Counted from the first letter of the stretch, positions 47,777-59,193 are shown. The stretch is DNA of 64,000 nt from an uncultured Gammaproteobacteria bacterium (GCA_964371245.1 CAYJKP010000001.1:123042-187041); one strand, 5' to 3'. Notes: generated by a model from the letters alone, not told the origin. Numbers and translations are program-made.

Positions 47777-47853
47777 TGGTCGGGGTAGTGGGACTCGAAC
47801 CCACGACCTCATGCACCCCATGCATGCGCGCTAGCCAACTGCGCCATACCCCG
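47777..47853 (-). tRNA. tRNA-Pro (anticodon GGG), CCA encoded
   Basis: Reverse complement CGGGGTATGGCGCAGTTGGCTAGCGCGCATGCATGGGGTGCATGAGGTCGTGGGTTCGAGTCCCACTACCCCGACCA. Confidence 0.85.
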
Positions 47854-47873
47854 GACAGCTGGAGGCAAAACCG

Positions 47874-48050
47874 TTAGTGCGCTTTTTTTGTCTGGGTTTT
47901 CAGACAGCTGGAACAAACGGACAAGCGCTGACCGTCGATAACACGCGTCTGAAGATTGATGAACTTTCGCCGTTTGGTGGCAATGTTTGAATGACTGCGC
48001 GAAACCGAGACTGTGGAGCCGCGGCGGCAGAGATCACATGATCGAGACAT
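47874..48050 (-). CDS. rpmB: 50S ribosomal protein L28 (zinc-binding variant)
   Basis: MSRSCDLCRRG...RSHSNIATKRRKF.NLQ...VCSSCLK. The ORF-track start at 48077 is an N-terminal extension. Confidence 0.8.
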   Translation of the reverse strand: MSRSCDLCRRGSTVSVSRSHSNIATKRRKFINLQTRVIDGQRLSVCSSCLKTQTKKAH

Positions 48051-48116
48051 ACGGAATTTGTTTAGCAATATAATCAACCGTCAGAATATCACATCGGCCA
48101 TAAACAATCAAGTCTC

Positions 48117-48737
48117 ATGCTCATCCAATATTTATTTCAAAACCCAAGCTATTTTATCACCTGGCTATTCGCGATCATCGTCGGCATCAGCGTACACGAG
48201 TTCTTCCACGCGTGGGCGGCCTATCTGCAGGGCGATCGGACAGCACAGCACGCCGGTCGGCTCACCTTAAATCCGCTCGCCCACCTGGACCCGCTCGGCA
48301 GCGCCATGCTGTTGTTTCTCGGTTTTGGCTATGGTAAGCCCGTACCCTTCAATCCAAACAATCTCCGTAACCGGCAATACGGCCCGGCCCTGGTTGGAGC
48401 GGCGGGACCGTTTTCAAATCTTCTCATGATTTTCGTGTTTGGTTTAACACTTCGGTTTTTACTGCCGGTCCTCGGAGATGGTAATCTTCTGTCACTCTTT
48501 CTCTATAACCTCGTCCAGATAAATGTCATTTTGCTCGTGTTTAATCTTTTTCCCATCCCGCCGCTCGACGGCTCAAAAGTTCTTTTTGCGATCTTGCCGA
48601 AATCGCTGGAAAATGTGCGGATATTTCTCGAACACTATGGCCCGTGGGTTCTTTTGGCACTACTGGTATTTGGCCAGGGAATTTTCACGCCGATTTTTGA
48701 CTATTTTCGCAATCTTTCCCACCTTCTCATTATCTGA
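48117..48737 (+). CDS. M50-family (site-2 protease-like) membrane zinc metalloprotease
   Basis: HEFFHAW zinc motif in a TM helix, 'LNPLAHLDPLG', 'FNLFPIPPLDGSKV'; ~6 TM. Confidence 0.6.
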   Translation: MLIQYLFQNPSYFITWLFAIIVGISVHEFFHAWAAYLQGDRTAQHAGRLTLNPLAHLDPLGSAMLLFLGFGYGKPVPFNPNNLRNRQYGPALVGAAGPFSNLLMIFVFGLTLRFLLPVLGDGNLLSLFLYNLVQINVILLVFNLFPIPPLDGSKVLFAILPKSLENVRIFLEHYGPWVLLALLVFGQGIFTPIFDYFRNLSHLLII

Positions 48738-48839
48738 CGCCTCATTATTAGGCTCGGTAATAAATACCGTATCAGGGTCAATGAGAAGTACGAGTTCTTT
48801 CGGTGATAGGTGTAAGAAGGTGTTCAGGGTTGACGCGTG

Positions 48840-48868
48840 CCGAAACGCGTGGTATTCTGTGGGGGAAA
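48840..48868 (+). promoter_or_regulatory. putative promoter of the str operon (-35 TTGACG, 17-nt spacer, -10 TATTCT)
   Basis: Sequence match ~30 nt upstream of rpsL. Confidence 0.4.
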
Positions 48869-48896
48869 TTCTTGTTAACGAATTTAAAAGGTCTCG

Positions 48897-49316
48897 ATGC
48901 CAACAATTCATCAGCTTGTCCGAAAAGGACGGAAAACCATCAACAAAAAGTCAAAGACACCGGCTCTCCGGAGCGTTTTAAATGCCTTAAAGCGCCGACG
49001 CGCGGATTTACCGAAGGGCAGTCCGTTCAAGCGTGGGGTTTGTGTTAAAGTGACCACCATGACGCCGAAAAAGCCGAACTCGGCCTTGCGAAAGATTGCC
49101 CGCGTGAAGCTCTCAAACGGCATGGAGGTAACGGCCTATATCCCTGGGATTGGCCACAATCTTCAGGAACACTCAATTGTTCTGCTGCGCGGCGGACGCG
49201 TGAAAGACCTGCCGGGCGTTCGCTATCACGTCATCCGTGGCGTGTACGATACTCTTGGCGTTGAAGGTCGGAAACAGGGCCGAAGCCTGTACGGCGCGAA
49301 ACGTGAAAAATCCTAA
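48897..49316 (+). CDS. rpsL: 30S ribosomal protein S12
   Basis: [13 protein letters not shown]...[10 protein letters not shown]; highly conserved. Confidence 0.95.
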   Translation: MPTIHQLVRKGRKTINKKSKTPALRSVLNALKRRRADLPKGSPFKRGVCVKVTTMTPKKPNSALRKIARVKLSNGMEVTAYIPGIGHNLQEHSIVLLRGGRVKDLPGVRYHVIRGVYDTLGVEGRKQGRSLYGAKREKS

Positions 49317-49329
49317 ATTCTAAAGTATT

Positions 49330-49794
49330 ATGCGATCAAAGCGAGCCCCAAAAAAGATACTCTTACCGGATCCGAAATTCAATAACTTGACGATTTCGAA
49401 GTTTGTGAATTACGTCATGGAGCGCGGTAAAAAAACCGTTGCTCAAGGAATCGTCTATGATACGTTTGAAATGATTTCCCGGCAGACCAAGAAAGATCCG
49501 CTGGACGTTTTCGATCTCGCGATCAGGAACGTAACGCCTCTCTTGGAAGTAAAATCGCGACGGATCGGTGGCGCCAACTACCAAATTCCGATGGAGGTGC
49601 GCGGCGACCGGAAAATGTATTTAGCCATGAACTGGATCATTGACGCCGCCAAAGCGAAGAAGGGAAAGCCGATGTCCGAACGCCTCGCTGAGGAAATTAC
49701 TGCGGCCGCCGAAAATCAAGGCGACGCGATTAAGAAAAAAGAAGATGTCCATCGGATGGCGGAAGCAAACCGAGCCTTTGCACATTTTGCCTAA
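49330..49794 (+). CDS. rpsG: 30S ribosomal protein S7
   Basis: Conserved S7 sequence (…RRIGGANYQIPMEVR…). Confidence 0.95.
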   Translation: MRSKRAPKKILLPDPKFNNLTISKFVNYVMERGKKTVAQGIVYDTFEMISRQTKKDPLDVFDLAIRNVTPLLEVKSRRIGGANYQIPMEVRGDRKMYLAMNWIIDAAKAKKGKPMSERLAEEITAAAENQGDAIKKKEDVHRMAEANRAFAHFA

Positions 49795-49806
49795 GGGTAT
49801 GAAATA

Positions 49807-50446
49807 TAAACGGCCGGTCTACCTTTTTTTGATTGTTGTCCTGGTCGCGCTTGTCACGTACGGGATTTTTTATACTCGGAAACACGTCGAGACAAAAACC
49901 TCATTCTCAGACTTCCAGCTACAAAATCCGCCGGAACGCGATGTCGCATTTTCGGCTCGTCTGGCGGAAGCCATCGATAAAGCCGCCGCAGACTGGCACA
50001 GTGATGCTGCCTTAGTGGCCGTAGACATCGTTTTTAATGGCACAAAAATATCTGACATGAATCCGCCGGTCGCCTTCTTTGTTTCAGAGGAAGACCAGTA
50101 TCAACACGACTACACCATAGAGTTTAAATCCGATTTTAGTGCCCTCGGGTTAGCCGAAGAAACCGAGAAATCACAAAGTTATAAGGAGACGCTCTATACC
50201 GAATTTTTTCCTGAGGACTTTAAACTTGGCTACGCTCAAATTCTTGAACTGGCCGACGGCCTGGGCGGTGAAAATTTTCGTTCGCAGCACCCGTTATCGC
50301 AGATATTACTCGAACTATCAAAAAACCCGCAGTACGGCGTTGAATGGTCGGTATTTTATACGGATATAAAAGACGGTAAAAAGGGCGCGACCTACAATCT
50401 CATTTTCGACGCTTCAACCGGGCGATTAAAAAAATCTAATTCGTAA
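49807..50446 (+). CDS. hypothetical membrane-anchored protein inserted between rpsG and fusA
   Basis: ATG 49807 after the rpsG stop; the ORF-track start at 49640 overlaps rpsG. TM (VYLFLIVVLVALVTYGIFY) plus ~180-aa domain. Confidence 0.45.
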
Positions 50447-50467
50447 TACGAATAAAGGAGAATTAAC

Positions 50468-52555
50468 GTGCCACGCGAGTACACGCTAGAAAAAACACGC
50501 AACATCGGAATCATCGCCCACATCGATGCCGGAAAGACAACGGTCAGCGAGCGAATATTATTTTATACGGGCAAAAAACATAAGATTGGCGAGGTCCACG
50601 AGGGTGAGGCTGAAATGGACTGGATGGAGCAGGAACGAGAGCGGGGTATTACAATCACCGCCGCTGCCACCACCTGTTTCTGGAAGGATCACCAGATCAA
50701 TATTATTGATACGCCGGGACATATCGATTTCACGGTCGAGGTGCAGCGAAGTCTGCGCGTTCTCGACGGCGGGGTGGTGGTTTTTGATGGCGTGGCTGGT
50801 GTCGAGCCGCAGTCCGAGACCGTCTGGCATCAAGCGGAAAAGTTCAACGTTCCCTTGATCGCGTTTGTGAACAAACTGGACCGAACGGGCGCGGATTTTT
50901 ACGCCGACATTGCCTCGATTCATGAACGCTTAACCCCGAACGCCCATCCGTTGCAACTACCGATCGGTTCCGAAGATAAATTCCAGGGTATTATCGACCT
51001 TTTTGCCATGCAAGCCCGGATCTATAAAGACGAGCTGGGAAAAGAATGGGAAGACACAGAGGTGCCGGCGGAATTACTTGATAAAGCTAAGGAATATCGG
51101 GCCAAACTCGTTGAGGCGATCGCCGAACATGACGACGAGCTTTTGCCAAAATTTCTTGACGGTAAGGAAATAGCCGTCGAGGACTTGAAACGTGTCTTGC
51201 GAAAAGCAACCATCGAGAATAAAATCGTCCCGATTTTATGCGGTTCGGCGCTAAAGAACAAAGGCGTCCAGTTTTTGCTCGATGCGGTCAATGATTATCT
51301 GCCGTCGCCACTCGACGTTCCGGCGGTGAAGGGGAGTAATCCGAAGACCAAGGCAGAGGAGGAACGACCGGCTGACGACAACGCGCCGTTCGCGGCGCTG
51401 GCGTTCAAGGTCGCCAGCGACCCATATGTCGGCAAACTCTGTTTCTTTCGTGTGTATTCTGGAAAGATGGGAGCTGGTTCGTATGTTTTGAACACCTCGA
51501 CCGGGGAAAAAGAGCGCATTGGCCGGATTGTTCGAATGCACGCTAACGATCGCGCGGAGGTCTCCGAAGTCTTTGCTGGCGATATTGCGGCCGCCGTCGG
51601 ATTAAAGCGTACCGCTACCGGCCAAACACTCTGCGATCCCGATCATCCAATCGTGCTTGAATCAATCAATTTCCCCGAACCCGTCATTTCTATGGCGATT
51701 GAGCCAAAGACGAAGGCTGATCAAGAAAAGATGGGCTTGGCGTTGGCTCGCTTAGTCGAAGAGGACCCGACCTTCCGAGTGCGGACGGATGATGAAACAA
51801 ATCAAACCATTATCGCCGGTATGGGCGAGCTTCATTTGGAAATCATCGTTGATCGGATGAAACGTGAATTTAATGTTCAAGCAAACACCGGCAGCCCCCA
51901 GGTCGCTTATAAAGAAACCATTCTCGGTCAGGCTGAAGCCGAAGGAAAATATATCAGACAATCAGGTGGACGCGGTCAATATGGCCATTGTTGGTTGCGC
52001 GTCCAGCCGTTGGAGCGAGGCAAAGGGTTTGAATTCGTTGATGAGGTAAAAGGTGGCGTCATTCCAAAAGAATATATCACGCCCATCCAAAAGGGCGTCG
52101 TTGAAGCGCTGGCTAACGGCGTGGTCGCCGGTTACCCGATGGTTGACGTTACGGCGACCGTGTATGACGGCAGCTACCACGAAGTCGATTCGTCTGAGGC
52201 AGCCTTTAAAATTGCCGGTTCGATTGCCGTCCAGGAAGCGTGTCGTCGGGCAAAGCCGATTCTCCTTGAACCGATTGTGAAAGTCGAGGTTATCGTGCCA
52301 GAACAGTTTATGGGCGAGGTGATTGGCGATCTCAATTCAAAGCGCGGACAAATACAGGAAATGCGCGATCGCGGTACCATGAAAATCATCGACGCGAAAG
52401 TACCGCTGGCCGAGATGTTTGGCTATGCCACGCAGCTCCGATCGATGACCCAGGGTCGCGGTACCTATAATATGGAATTTGAAGAGTACGGCCAGGTACC
52501 GCACGCGATTGCCGAGCAATTGCGTGAAGGATATATCGCCAAGAAAAATGAATAA
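50468..52555 (+). CDS. fusA: translation elongation factor G
   Basis: GTG start with AAGGAG RBS; G-domain motifs [18 protein letters not shown]; 695 aa. Confidence 0.95.
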   Translation: MPREYTLEKTRNIGIIAHIDAGKTTVSERILFYTGKKHKIGEVHEGEAEMDWMEQERERGITITAAATTCFWKDHQINIIDTPGHIDFTVEVQRSLRVLDGGVVVFDGVAGVEPQSETVWHQAEKFNVPLIAFVNKLDRTGADFYADIASIHERLTPNAHPLQLPIGSEDKFQGIIDLFAMQARIYKDELGKEWEDTEVPAELLDKAKEYRAKLVEAIAEHDDELLPKFLDGKEIAVEDLKRVLRKATIENKIVPILCGSALKNKGVQFLLDAVNDYLPSPLDVPAVKGSNPKTKAEEERPADDNAPFAALAFKVASDPYVGKLCFFRVYSGKMGAGSYVLNTSTGEKERIGRIVRMHANDRAEVSEVFAGDIAAAVGLKRTATGQTLCDPDHPIVLESINFPEPVISMAIEPKTKADQEKMGLALARLVEEDPTFRVRTDDETNQTIIAGMGELHLEIIVDRMKREFNVQANTGSPQVAYKETILGQAEAEGKYIRQSGGRGQYGHCWLRVQPLERGKGFEFVDEVKGGVIPKEYITPIQKGVVEALANGVVAGYPMVDVTATVYDGSYHEVDSSEAAFKIAGSIAVQEACRRAKPILLEPIVKVEVIVPEQFMGEVIGDLNSKRGQIQEMRDRGTMKIIDAKVPLAEMFGYATQLRSMTQGRGTYNMEFEEYGQVPHAIAEQLREGYIAKKNE

Positions 52556-52579
52556 GCAGTAATCACATAGGAGGTAACC

Positions 52580-53131
52580 ATGGCCAAACTACGCATTAAG
52601 CCAACCAGCGGTATTGTCATTCTTCTCCTGTTAGCCTTCGGGGGAGGGTATGGAATTTATGCCATGGCGAGCGCGACTGACCAAACGCAATTCGGCCTGC
52701 GGGTGATAAATCGGAATATTTCTGCCAATAAGAACGCCTCGGGCGAAGCAAATACCTATGTGAATTCCCAATATGGCATTGAACTGGCACGGCCGGCCGA
52801 CTGGAACGCGGTTGAAACGACGCCGGTTGGTCTAGCTGAGGCAATGTTGACGGTGACGCTCACGGATCCGCTATCAACGGAGCGAATGATTTTTTCAATT
52901 TTCCAACCGTCCATGAAAGAGACGCTGCGGAATTCACTCAGCATTGAAAGCGAGGGAACGGCCTTGCTCGGTACACTCGCGGCTGATAAATGGGTCGGTG
53001 AAGACCAAAAGGATGGCTCCCCAGTGACTATCATCACCGCCGAATCCAACGGGCGCCTCTATGAGGTTACAAGCTATGCGTCAGAAAGCACGCTTGACAG
53101 TTTTCTGTCAGCGTTTAAGATAGTACAATAG
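52580..53131 (+). CDS. hypothetical secreted/membrane-anchored protein inserted between fusA and tuf
   Basis: RBS AGGAGG; N-terminal TM/signal (IVILLLLAFGGGYGIYAMA); 183 aa. Confidence 0.5.
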   Translation: MAKLRIKPTSGIVILLLLAFGGGYGIYAMASATDQTQFGLRVINRNISANKNASGEANTYVNSQYGIELARPADWNAVETTPVGLAEAMLTVTLTDPLSTERMIFSIFQPSMKETLRNSLSIESEGTALLGTLAADKWVGEDQKDGSPVTIITAESNGRLYEVTSYASESTLDSFLSAFKIVQ

Positions 53132-53197
53132 GTAAAATAAACGTTAAGCAAATATTAGCCAAATAAAAGCGATACGAGAACAGGCGTACGCTAATAC

Positions 53198-53226
53198 TTG
53201 TCAAAAAACAAACGCTTTGCTATAAT
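53198..53226 (+). promoter_or_regulatory. putative tuf promoter (-35 TTGTCA, 17-nt spacer, extended -10 TGcTATAAT)
   Basis: Near-consensus elements ~80 nt upstream of tuf. Confidence 0.5.
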
Positions 53227-53307
53227 CAGTTGTGCTAATATATTTTCTAAGAATAATAAGCATTTCGCGGGTATATCAACGCCCGTGACAATTAGAGGAG
53301 TATCATT

Positions 53308-54492
53308 ATGGCAGAAAAATTTGAGCGCACTAAGCCGCACGTCAACGTCGGAACGATTGGACACGTTGATCATGGAAAAACAACGTTAACCGCGGCCATC
53401 CTAAGCGTTATGCGCGCAAAAGGGATGAAAGCTCAAGAAAAATCCGTCGACCAGATCGATAACGCGCCTGAGGAACGGGAACGCGGTATTACGATTGCGA
53501 CGGCGCACGTTGAATATGAATCGGAAAAACGGCACTATGCCCATATCGATTGTCCGGGCCATGCCGACTATATCAAGAACATGATTACCGGCGCCGCCCA
53601 GATGGACGGTGCAATTCTGGTCGTTTCCGCGGCTGACGGCCCGATGCCGCAGACTCGGGAACACATTCTGTTAGCGCGCCAGGTCGGCGTGCCGGCGATT
53701 GTTGTTTTCTTGAACAAGGTTGACCAGGTTGACGATAAAGAGCTGATTGACCTCGTCGAGGTAGAAATTCGCGATCTCTTGAAGAAGTACAAATACCCCG
53801 GAGATAAAATCCCGGTCATCAAGGGCTCAGCCTTGAAAGCGCTCGAAGGCGACGCCGACGCCCAGAAAGCCATTATGGAGTTGATTGAAGCGCTCGACAG
53901 CTATATCCCAGAGCCGGAACGCCCGGTTGACCAGCCCTTCCTGATGCCGATTGAGGATATTTTCTCGATTGAAGGCCGCGGTACGGTTGTGACCGGTCGG
54001 ATCTCCAGCGGCGTAATCAAAGTGAACGAAGACGTGGAAATCGTCGGTATTAAACCGACCCAAAAAACCGTCGTGACCGGCATTGAAATGTTCAACAAAT
54101 CGTTGGACGAAGGCCGGGCTGGCGACAACGCCGGACTCCTCCTGCGTGGTACGAAAAAAGAGGACGTTGAACGCGGGCAAGTCTTGGCCAAGCCGGGCAC
54201 AATCACCCCACACACCGAATTTGAGGCTGAGGTCTATATTCTGACCAAAGAAGAGGGTGGACGCCATACCCCGTTTTTCACCGGCTACAAACCCCAATTC
54301 TATATCCGCACGACCGATGTGACCGGTGATGTTGCCTTGCCGGAAAAAACCGAAATGGTTATGCCCGGCGATACGGTAAATATCACCGTGAAACTCATCG
54401 CCCCGGTGGCGCTTCAGGAAAAGGTGAACTTCGCGATCCGCGAGGGCGGGCACACGGTTGGCGCAGGCGTTGTAACAAAAATCGTTAAATAA
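53308..54492 (+). CDS. tuf: translation elongation factor Tu
   Basis: [22 protein letters not shown]; 394 aa. Confidence 0.95.
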   Translation: MAEKFERTKPHVNVGTIGHVDHGKTTLTAAILSVMRAKGMKAQEKSVDQIDNAPEERERGITIATAHVEYESEKRHYAHIDCPGHADYIKNMITGAAQMDGAILVVSAADGPMPQTREHILLARQVGVPAIVVFLNKVDQVDDKELIDLVEVEIRDLLKKYKYPGDKIPVIKGSALKALEGDADAQKAIMELIEALDSYIPEPERPVDQPFLMPIEDIFSIEGRGTVVTGRISSGVIKVNEDVEIVGIKPTQKTVVTGIEMFNKSLDEGRAGDNAGLLLRGTKKEDVERGQVLAKPGTITPHTEFEAEVYILTKEEGGRHTPFFTGYKPQFYIRTTDVTGDVALPEKTEMVMPGDTVNITVKLIAPVALQEKVNFAIREGGHTVGAGVVTKIVK

Positions 54493-54526
54493 GCACGTCA
54501 GAGCGATAACCCGGAACATTAACAAG

Positions 54527-54877
54527 TTGATCGAAGGTATGCCACAAGAGACGAAGAACGGTGCAGTTGAAGAGAAACAACGGATTCGGATAAAGATCCG
54601 GGCTTATGATCACAAAATTATTGATCAGTCGACCCGGACGATTATTGATACCGCCGAGCGGAGCGGTGCCCAAGTAAACGGCCCGATCCCGCTGCCGACG
54701 GAAAAAAGCAAGTATACCGTTATTCGCTCCCCCTTCGTTCACAAAAACTCCCGCGAGCAGTTTGAGATGCGCGTGCACAAGCGGTTGATCGATATCATCA
54801 ATCCAACCGCGAAAACCGTGGATTCACTGATGAGTCTCAATTTGCCAGCGGGCGTCGACATCGAAATTAAAATGTAA
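54527..54877 (+). CDS. rpsJ: 30S ribosomal protein S10
   Basis: [41 protein letters not shown]. Start ambiguous: TTG 54527 per the ORF track, or ATG 54539. Confidence 0.9.
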   Translation: MIEGMPQETKNGAVEEKQRIRIKIRAYDHKIIDQSTRTIIDTAERSGAQVNGPIPLPTEKSKYTVIRSPFVHKNSREQFEMRVHKRLIDIINPTAKTVDSLMSLNLPAGVDIEIKM

Positions 54878-55061
54878 CTTCGACAAGAGAATACTTATCG
54901 AGCGCAGGCTCGATCGGTAAATAGGTTCTGAGGATGATAATACACGTTCTCGCGCCAACGGGTGTTTGAACAGCCAATCCTCAGATAACGATTTGCCAGC
55001 GTAAAAGACCGGAGCATTCTGGATTTTTCCTGGCGTACCCGGTTTTTTTGTTACCACAACG

Positions 55062-55673
55062 ATGAAATTCATTCTCGGAAAAAAAATAGGCATGTCCCAG
55101 CGGTTTCTGGAAAACGGCAACGTTGTTCCAGTGACCGTGGTTCAGGCTGGCCCGTGTGTCGTCGCGACTGTCCGAACGAAGGACACGGACGGATATCAAG
55201 CGGTCCAGCTCGGTTTGGGTGAAAAAAAGCGGCTCTCCAAACCGCTGAAGGGTAGCCTCAAGGATTTGCCGTTACTGCGCTATCTCCGTGAATTCCGAGT
55301 TGAAGCTGATGCGACCTATAAAAAGGGCGACAAAATCACCGTTGAGACGTTTGCGGTCGGCGATACGATAAAAGTCACCGGTACGGCCAAAGGAAAGGGA
55401 TTTCAGGGCGTGGTCAAGCGGCATCATTTCGGCGGCGGTCCAGCGTCCCATGGCCATAAGGATAATCTTCGCGCCCCTGGCTCGATCGGAGCAACCAATG
55501 CCGGCCACGTGTTTAAAGGCACACGGATGGCCGGGCGGATGGGCGGACAAACGACGACCCTGCGCAATTTGACAGTTGTTGAAGTGGATGCGGCCAAAAA
55601 CCTTTTGTTTATTAAAGGCGCGGTACCGGGCGCACGTCACGCGCTTTTGAAAATTCAGACTATTGAGAAATAG
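55062..55673 (+). CDS. rplC: 50S ribosomal protein L3
   Basis: Conserved L3 sequence. Confidence 0.95.
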   Translation: MKFILGKKIGMSQRFLENGNVVPVTVVQAGPCVVATVRTKDTDGYQAVQLGLGEKKRLSKPLKGSLKDLPLLRYLREFRVEADATYKKGDKITVETFAVGDTIKVTGTAKGKGFQGVVKRHHFGGGPASHGHKDNLRAPGSIGATNAGHVFKGTRMAGRMGGQTTTLRNLTVVEVDAAKNLLFIKGAVPGARHALLKIQTIEK

Positions 55674-55675
55674 CC

Positions 55676-56308
55676 ATGCTGGAAATCGAGATAAAAGATC
55701 ACGCCGGGAAGAAGGTTGGTCAGACAAAACTGGATCCGAAAATTTTTGATGTTCCGGCGAACCCCGAAGTGATCTACCAAGTAACGGTAGCCTATCAAGC
55801 GAACAGCCGTCACCCGATTGCCCATACAAAAGATCGTTCCGAGGTACGCGGCGGCGGACGCAAGCCCTGGAAGCAAAAGGGAACCGGCCGTGCCCGGCAA
55901 GGTTCGATCCGATCACCGCAGTGGCGTGGTGGCGGTGTAATCTTTGGTCCGCGCAATACCCGGAACTTTTCAAAGCTGGTAAACAAGAAGGTCAAACGCT
56001 TGGCGTTGTTCATGTCATTGAGCGAACGGTTGCGCCATAAAAAAATGACCGTCCTGCAAACCGTAGAGATGGCCAAACCAAAAACAAAAACGATCGCCAC
56101 AATTTTGAAAAACCTGAAAATTACCGGCGCACTCTTCGTAATTCCAAAGAATGATACCGCCATCCAGCATTCGATCAGAAACCTGCCAAAATGCAGCGTC
56201 TTGCCGGCAAACAGCCTGAATGCCTATGAAGTCTTGAAATATCGACAGCTGATTATTCTTGAACCGGCCTTGCCCGTGATATCGAAACACTTTCTTCACA
56301 CAGACTAA
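55676..56308 (+). CDS. rplD: 50S ribosomal protein L4
   Basis: Conserved L4 sequence; operon position. Confidence 0.9.
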   Translation: MLEIEIKDHAGKKVGQTKLDPKIFDVPANPEVIYQVTVAYQANSRHPIAHTKDRSEVRGGGRKPWKQKGTGRARQGSIRSPQWRGGGVIFGPRNTRNFSKLVNKKVKRLALFMSLSERLRHKKMTVLQTVEMAKPKTKTIATILKNLKITGALFVIPKNDTAIQHSIRNLPKCSVLPANSLNAYEVLKYRQLIILEPALPVISKHFLHTD

Positions 56309-56311
56309 TTT

Positions 56312-56788
56312 ATGGGAATATTAGATCGATTTAAAAAGAAACCCGCTACTCAGCCAGTGCCGCACCAACCGGAGCGGAAGATTGAAGCTGTTCAGAAAAA
56401 GACTACTGAGGTTAAAAAGGCGGAACCGAAGAAAGTGGAACCGAAGAAAGCAGAAGCGAAAAAAACGCCCGTTCGTCCAACGCACGCGGCCAAGAAGAAA
56501 TATCCTGAATCGGAGCGATCGATCATAAAACCGATCATTACCGAAAAAGCGACGAATCTGAGTGCTGACCGAAAATATATATTTGAAGTAGCGACCGGCG
56601 CGAATCGGATTGAAATTGCCAAGGCTGTTCAAAGCCTCTACGGTGTCCAGCCGGTGAAGGTGAATATTATCAGACAAGGTGGCAAGCAGATACGCTATGG
56701 GCGTGCCGAAGGACGGACCAAGGACAGAAAAAAGGCAATCGTGACGTTACGGGAAGGGGAGAGCATTAAAATCCAGGACGGAGTCTAA
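56312..56788 (+). CDS. rplW: 50S ribosomal protein L23 with ~60-aa Lys/Pro/Glu-rich N-terminal extension
   Basis: L23 core [13 protein letters not shown]...RIEIAKAV preceded by [17 protein letters not shown] repeats. Confidence 0.9.
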   Translation: MGILDRFKKKPATQPVPHQPERKIEAVQKKTTEVKKAEPKKVEPKKAEAKKTPVRPTHAAKKKYPESERSIIKPIITEKATNLSADRKYIFEVATGANRIEIAKAVQSLYGVQPVKVNIIRQGGKQIRYGRAEGRTKDRKKAIVTLREGESIKIQDGV

Positions 56789-56790
56789 TC

Positions 56791-57618
56791 ATGGCTATAA
56801 AACGCTACAAACCCCATACCCCGGGACGCCGCCACGCCAGCGTCATTCACGAACCTGGGATGCATCGCCAGCGTCCAACGCGAAGCTTGCTTGAAGTATT
56901 GAAGAAACATAGCGGTCGGAATCAACAAGGCATTATCACCGTGCGCCACCGCGGCGGCGGTCATAAGCGTTTCTATCGAGTGGTCGATTTTCGGCGGCAG
57001 CGATTTGATACGCCCGCCACGGTCCGTTCCATCGAATATGATCCAAATCGCACGGCGCACATCGCCTTGATTGAATATCCTGATAAAACGAAAAGCTATA
57101 TCATTGCCCCGCACGGCTTGAAAACGAATGACCAGGTAGTCTCGTCAAAACAGAAGGTGGAAATTCAGGTAGGTAATCGCATGCCACTCGAGCACATTCC
57201 CGTCGGCTTGATGGTTCACGATATCGAATTGATACCCGGCAGCGGCTCGACCGTTGTTCGTTCGGCCGGCTCCGGCGCGAATTTGATGAATCTGGAAGGT
57301 AATTTCGCCCAGCTGAAACTCCCTTCGGGCGAACTGCGGCTTTTTCCGAAAACCTGCCTTGCGACGATTGGCATGGTCAGCAACGCTGATCTGAAAAATA
57401 TTCGGCTCGGGAAAGCCGGACGCATGCGCTGGCTCGGTATTCGGCCGACGGTTCGCGGCAAAGTCATGAATCCGGTCGACCATCCGCATGGTGGCGGCGA
57501 GGGGAAATCACCGATTGGCTTGAAACATCCGAAAACTCCGTGGGGTAAACCAGCCTTAGGCGTGAAAACGAGACGCCATAAACCCTCGGATCGGCTTATT
57601 CTTAAACGAAGGCGCTAA
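56791..57618 (+). CDS. rplB: 50S ribosomal protein L2
   Basis: Conserved L2 sequence. Confidence 0.95.
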   Translation: MAIKRYKPHTPGRRHASVIHEPGMHRQRPTRSLLEVLKKHSGRNQQGIITVRHRGGGHKRFYRVVDFRRQRFDTPATVRSIEYDPNRTAHIALIEYPDKTKSYIIAPHGLKTNDQVVSSKQKVEIQVGNRMPLEHIPVGLMVHDIELIPGSGSTVVRSAGSGANLMNLEGNFAQLKLPSGELRLFPKTCLATIGMVSNADLKNIRLGKAGRMRWLGIRPTVRGKVMNPVDHPHGGGEGKSPIGLKHPKTPWGKPALGVKTRRHKPSDRLILKRRR

Positions 57619-57621
57619 GCT

Positions 57622-57963
57622 ATGTCACGAAGTCTAAAAAAGGGACCATATACCGACCCGAAACTGCTCAAGAAAATGTCGAAAGTACGCGCGGGCGACA
57701 AAACGATTATAAAAACCTGGTCGCGCGATTCAGTGATTACCCCGGAAATGGTGGGATTCACGTTCGGCGTGCACAACGGTCGCGAGCATCTGCCGGTTTT
57801 CGTTGTTGAAAATATGGTCGGTCACCGACTCGGCGAATTCTCGCCGACGCGCAAGTTTGTTCGACACGGCGGACGGATGCAACGGGAACAAGAGACAGCC
57901 GCCGCTGAAGCCGAACGCCAGCAGGTTAATGCGCCCCCGCCAGCTGAAAAACCAACCAAGTAA
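57622..57963 (+). CDS. rpsS: 30S ribosomal protein S19 (with short C-terminal extension)
   Basis: [19 protein letters not shown]... Confidence 0.9.
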   Translation: MSRSLKKGPYTDPKLLKKMSKVRAGDKTIIKTWSRDSVITPEMVGFTFGVHNGREHLPVFVVENMVGHRLGEFSPTRKFVRHGGRMQREQETAAAEAERQQVNAPPPAEKPTK

Positions 57964-57968
57964 CACGT

Positions 57969-58511
57969 ATGGAAGTAACCGCACAACTTAAACATCTTCA
58001 AACCTCAGCCAGAAAGGTCCGGCTGGCCACCCAATTTATAAAGGGGCTTGATGTTTCAGTGGCTCGCCAGCAGCTGATGTTTTCACCGCGAGCGAGCGCG
58101 CGGCCGGTGCTGAAGCTCTTAAATTCAGCGATCGCGAACGCTGAAAAAAATTTCGAACTGGATAAAGAAAATTTGTATATAAAAAGCGTTTTAATTAACG
58201 AAGGCACCACGCTGAAACGGTATATGTCGCGCGCGTTTGGCCGAGCCGCCGTGATCCGGAAGCGGGCCAGCCACATAATTTTAGTACTTGCGGAGAAGAA
58301 ACCATCCCCGGCCAAGAAGAAATCGACCAAGCCGGCCGCCGAAAAAAAACCGGCAGCCGAACCGGTGATAAGCTACAAAGATCTGGCTCGAACGCAAACC
58401 GATCGAAAGGACAATAAGCCGAAATTTGAGGAAATTAAGAAGGAACGGAAACCCTTTATCAATATCAAAGAAATAAAAGATAAATTTATCCGTCGCAGCG
58501 GCGAAGGTTAA
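57969..58511 (+). CDS. rplV: 50S ribosomal protein L22 with Lys/Pro-rich C-terminal extension
   Basis: L22 core followed by a KKKSTKPAAEKKPAAEP... tail. Confidence 0.9.
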   Translation: MEVTAQLKHLQTSARKVRLATQFIKGLDVSVARQQLMFSPRASARPVLKLLNSAIANAEKNFELDKENLYIKSVLINEGTTLKRYMSRAFGRAAVIRKRASHIILVLAEKKPSPAKKKSTKPAAEKKPAAEPVISYKDLARTQTDRKDNKPKFEEIKKERKPFINIKEIKDKFIRRSGEG

Positions 58512-58521
58512 ACAATATTTT

Positions 58522-59193
58522 ATGGGACAAAAGGTAGATCCACGCAGTTTTAGACTCAAACAATCGCAGACCTGGCGGTCAAAATGGTTTGCCCGGAAGG
58601 GTTTTGGCGATTATCTGGCGCATGATTATGCGATCCGCTCATTTTTGACAAAGAAAATGAAGGAAGCCGGTCTTTCGCGGGTTGAAATTGAACGTTCGGC
58701 GAATGCGATTACCGTCACCATCTTTACCTCGCGGCCAGGTGTTGTCATCGGTCGTGGCGGCGCCGGTGTTGAGGAGCTAAAAAAGACATTGAAGCAGAAA
58801 TACCTCCAGCCGCGGCAGGAGCTTCGCTTGAATATCCAGGAAGTTGCCAAACCGTATTTGGATGCTGAAATAGTTGTCCGGATGATGGCGGAGCAAATCG
58901 AAAAACGGATGCCTTTCCGGCGCGTTCTGAAACAAATGGTGATGCAGATTGAACGGGCTGGGGCCATAGGCGTCAAGCTCATCGTGGCCGGACGCTTGAA
59001 TGGCGCTGAAATCGCCCGGACTGAAAAACAGAGTTCCGGCAAAGTGCCCCTCCATACTATCCGGGCGGATATAGACTATGCACAGGGCGTAGCCATGACG
59101 GCCTACGGCACGATTGGCATCAAGGCCTGGATTTATAAAGGCGAGGTCTTTCAAACGAAAAAGGGACCGGTACCTGAAACAACAAACGCATGA
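58522..59193 (+). CDS. rpsC: 30S ribosomal protein S3
   Basis: MGQKVDPRSFRL..., KH domain. Confidence 0.95.
   Translation: MGQKVDPRSFRLKQSQTWRSKWFARKGFGDYLAHDYAIRSFLTKKMKEAGLSRVEIERSANAITVTIFTSRPGVVIGRGGAGVEELKKTLKQKYLQPRQELRLNIQEVAKPYLDAEIVVRMMAEQIEKRMPFRRVLKQMVMQIERAGAIGVKLIVAGRLNGAEIARTEKQSSGKVPLHTIRADIDYAQGVAMTAYGTIGIKAWIYKGEVFQTKKGPVPETTNA

Noticed and set aside
49640-49806. Upstream part of ORF 49640-50446
   Set aside because: It overlaps rpsG in a different frame. The hydrophobic anchor and a clean start begin at ATG 49807 just after the rpsG stop.
50526-52519. Antisense and alternate-frame ORFs within fusA, and similarly within tuf (53401-54525), clpC (17089-19434), recG (12000-13003) and the giant protein (21532-23707)
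   Set aside because: Each is internal to a strongly supported conserved gene and has no independent motif or start signal. These are standard spurious ORFs.
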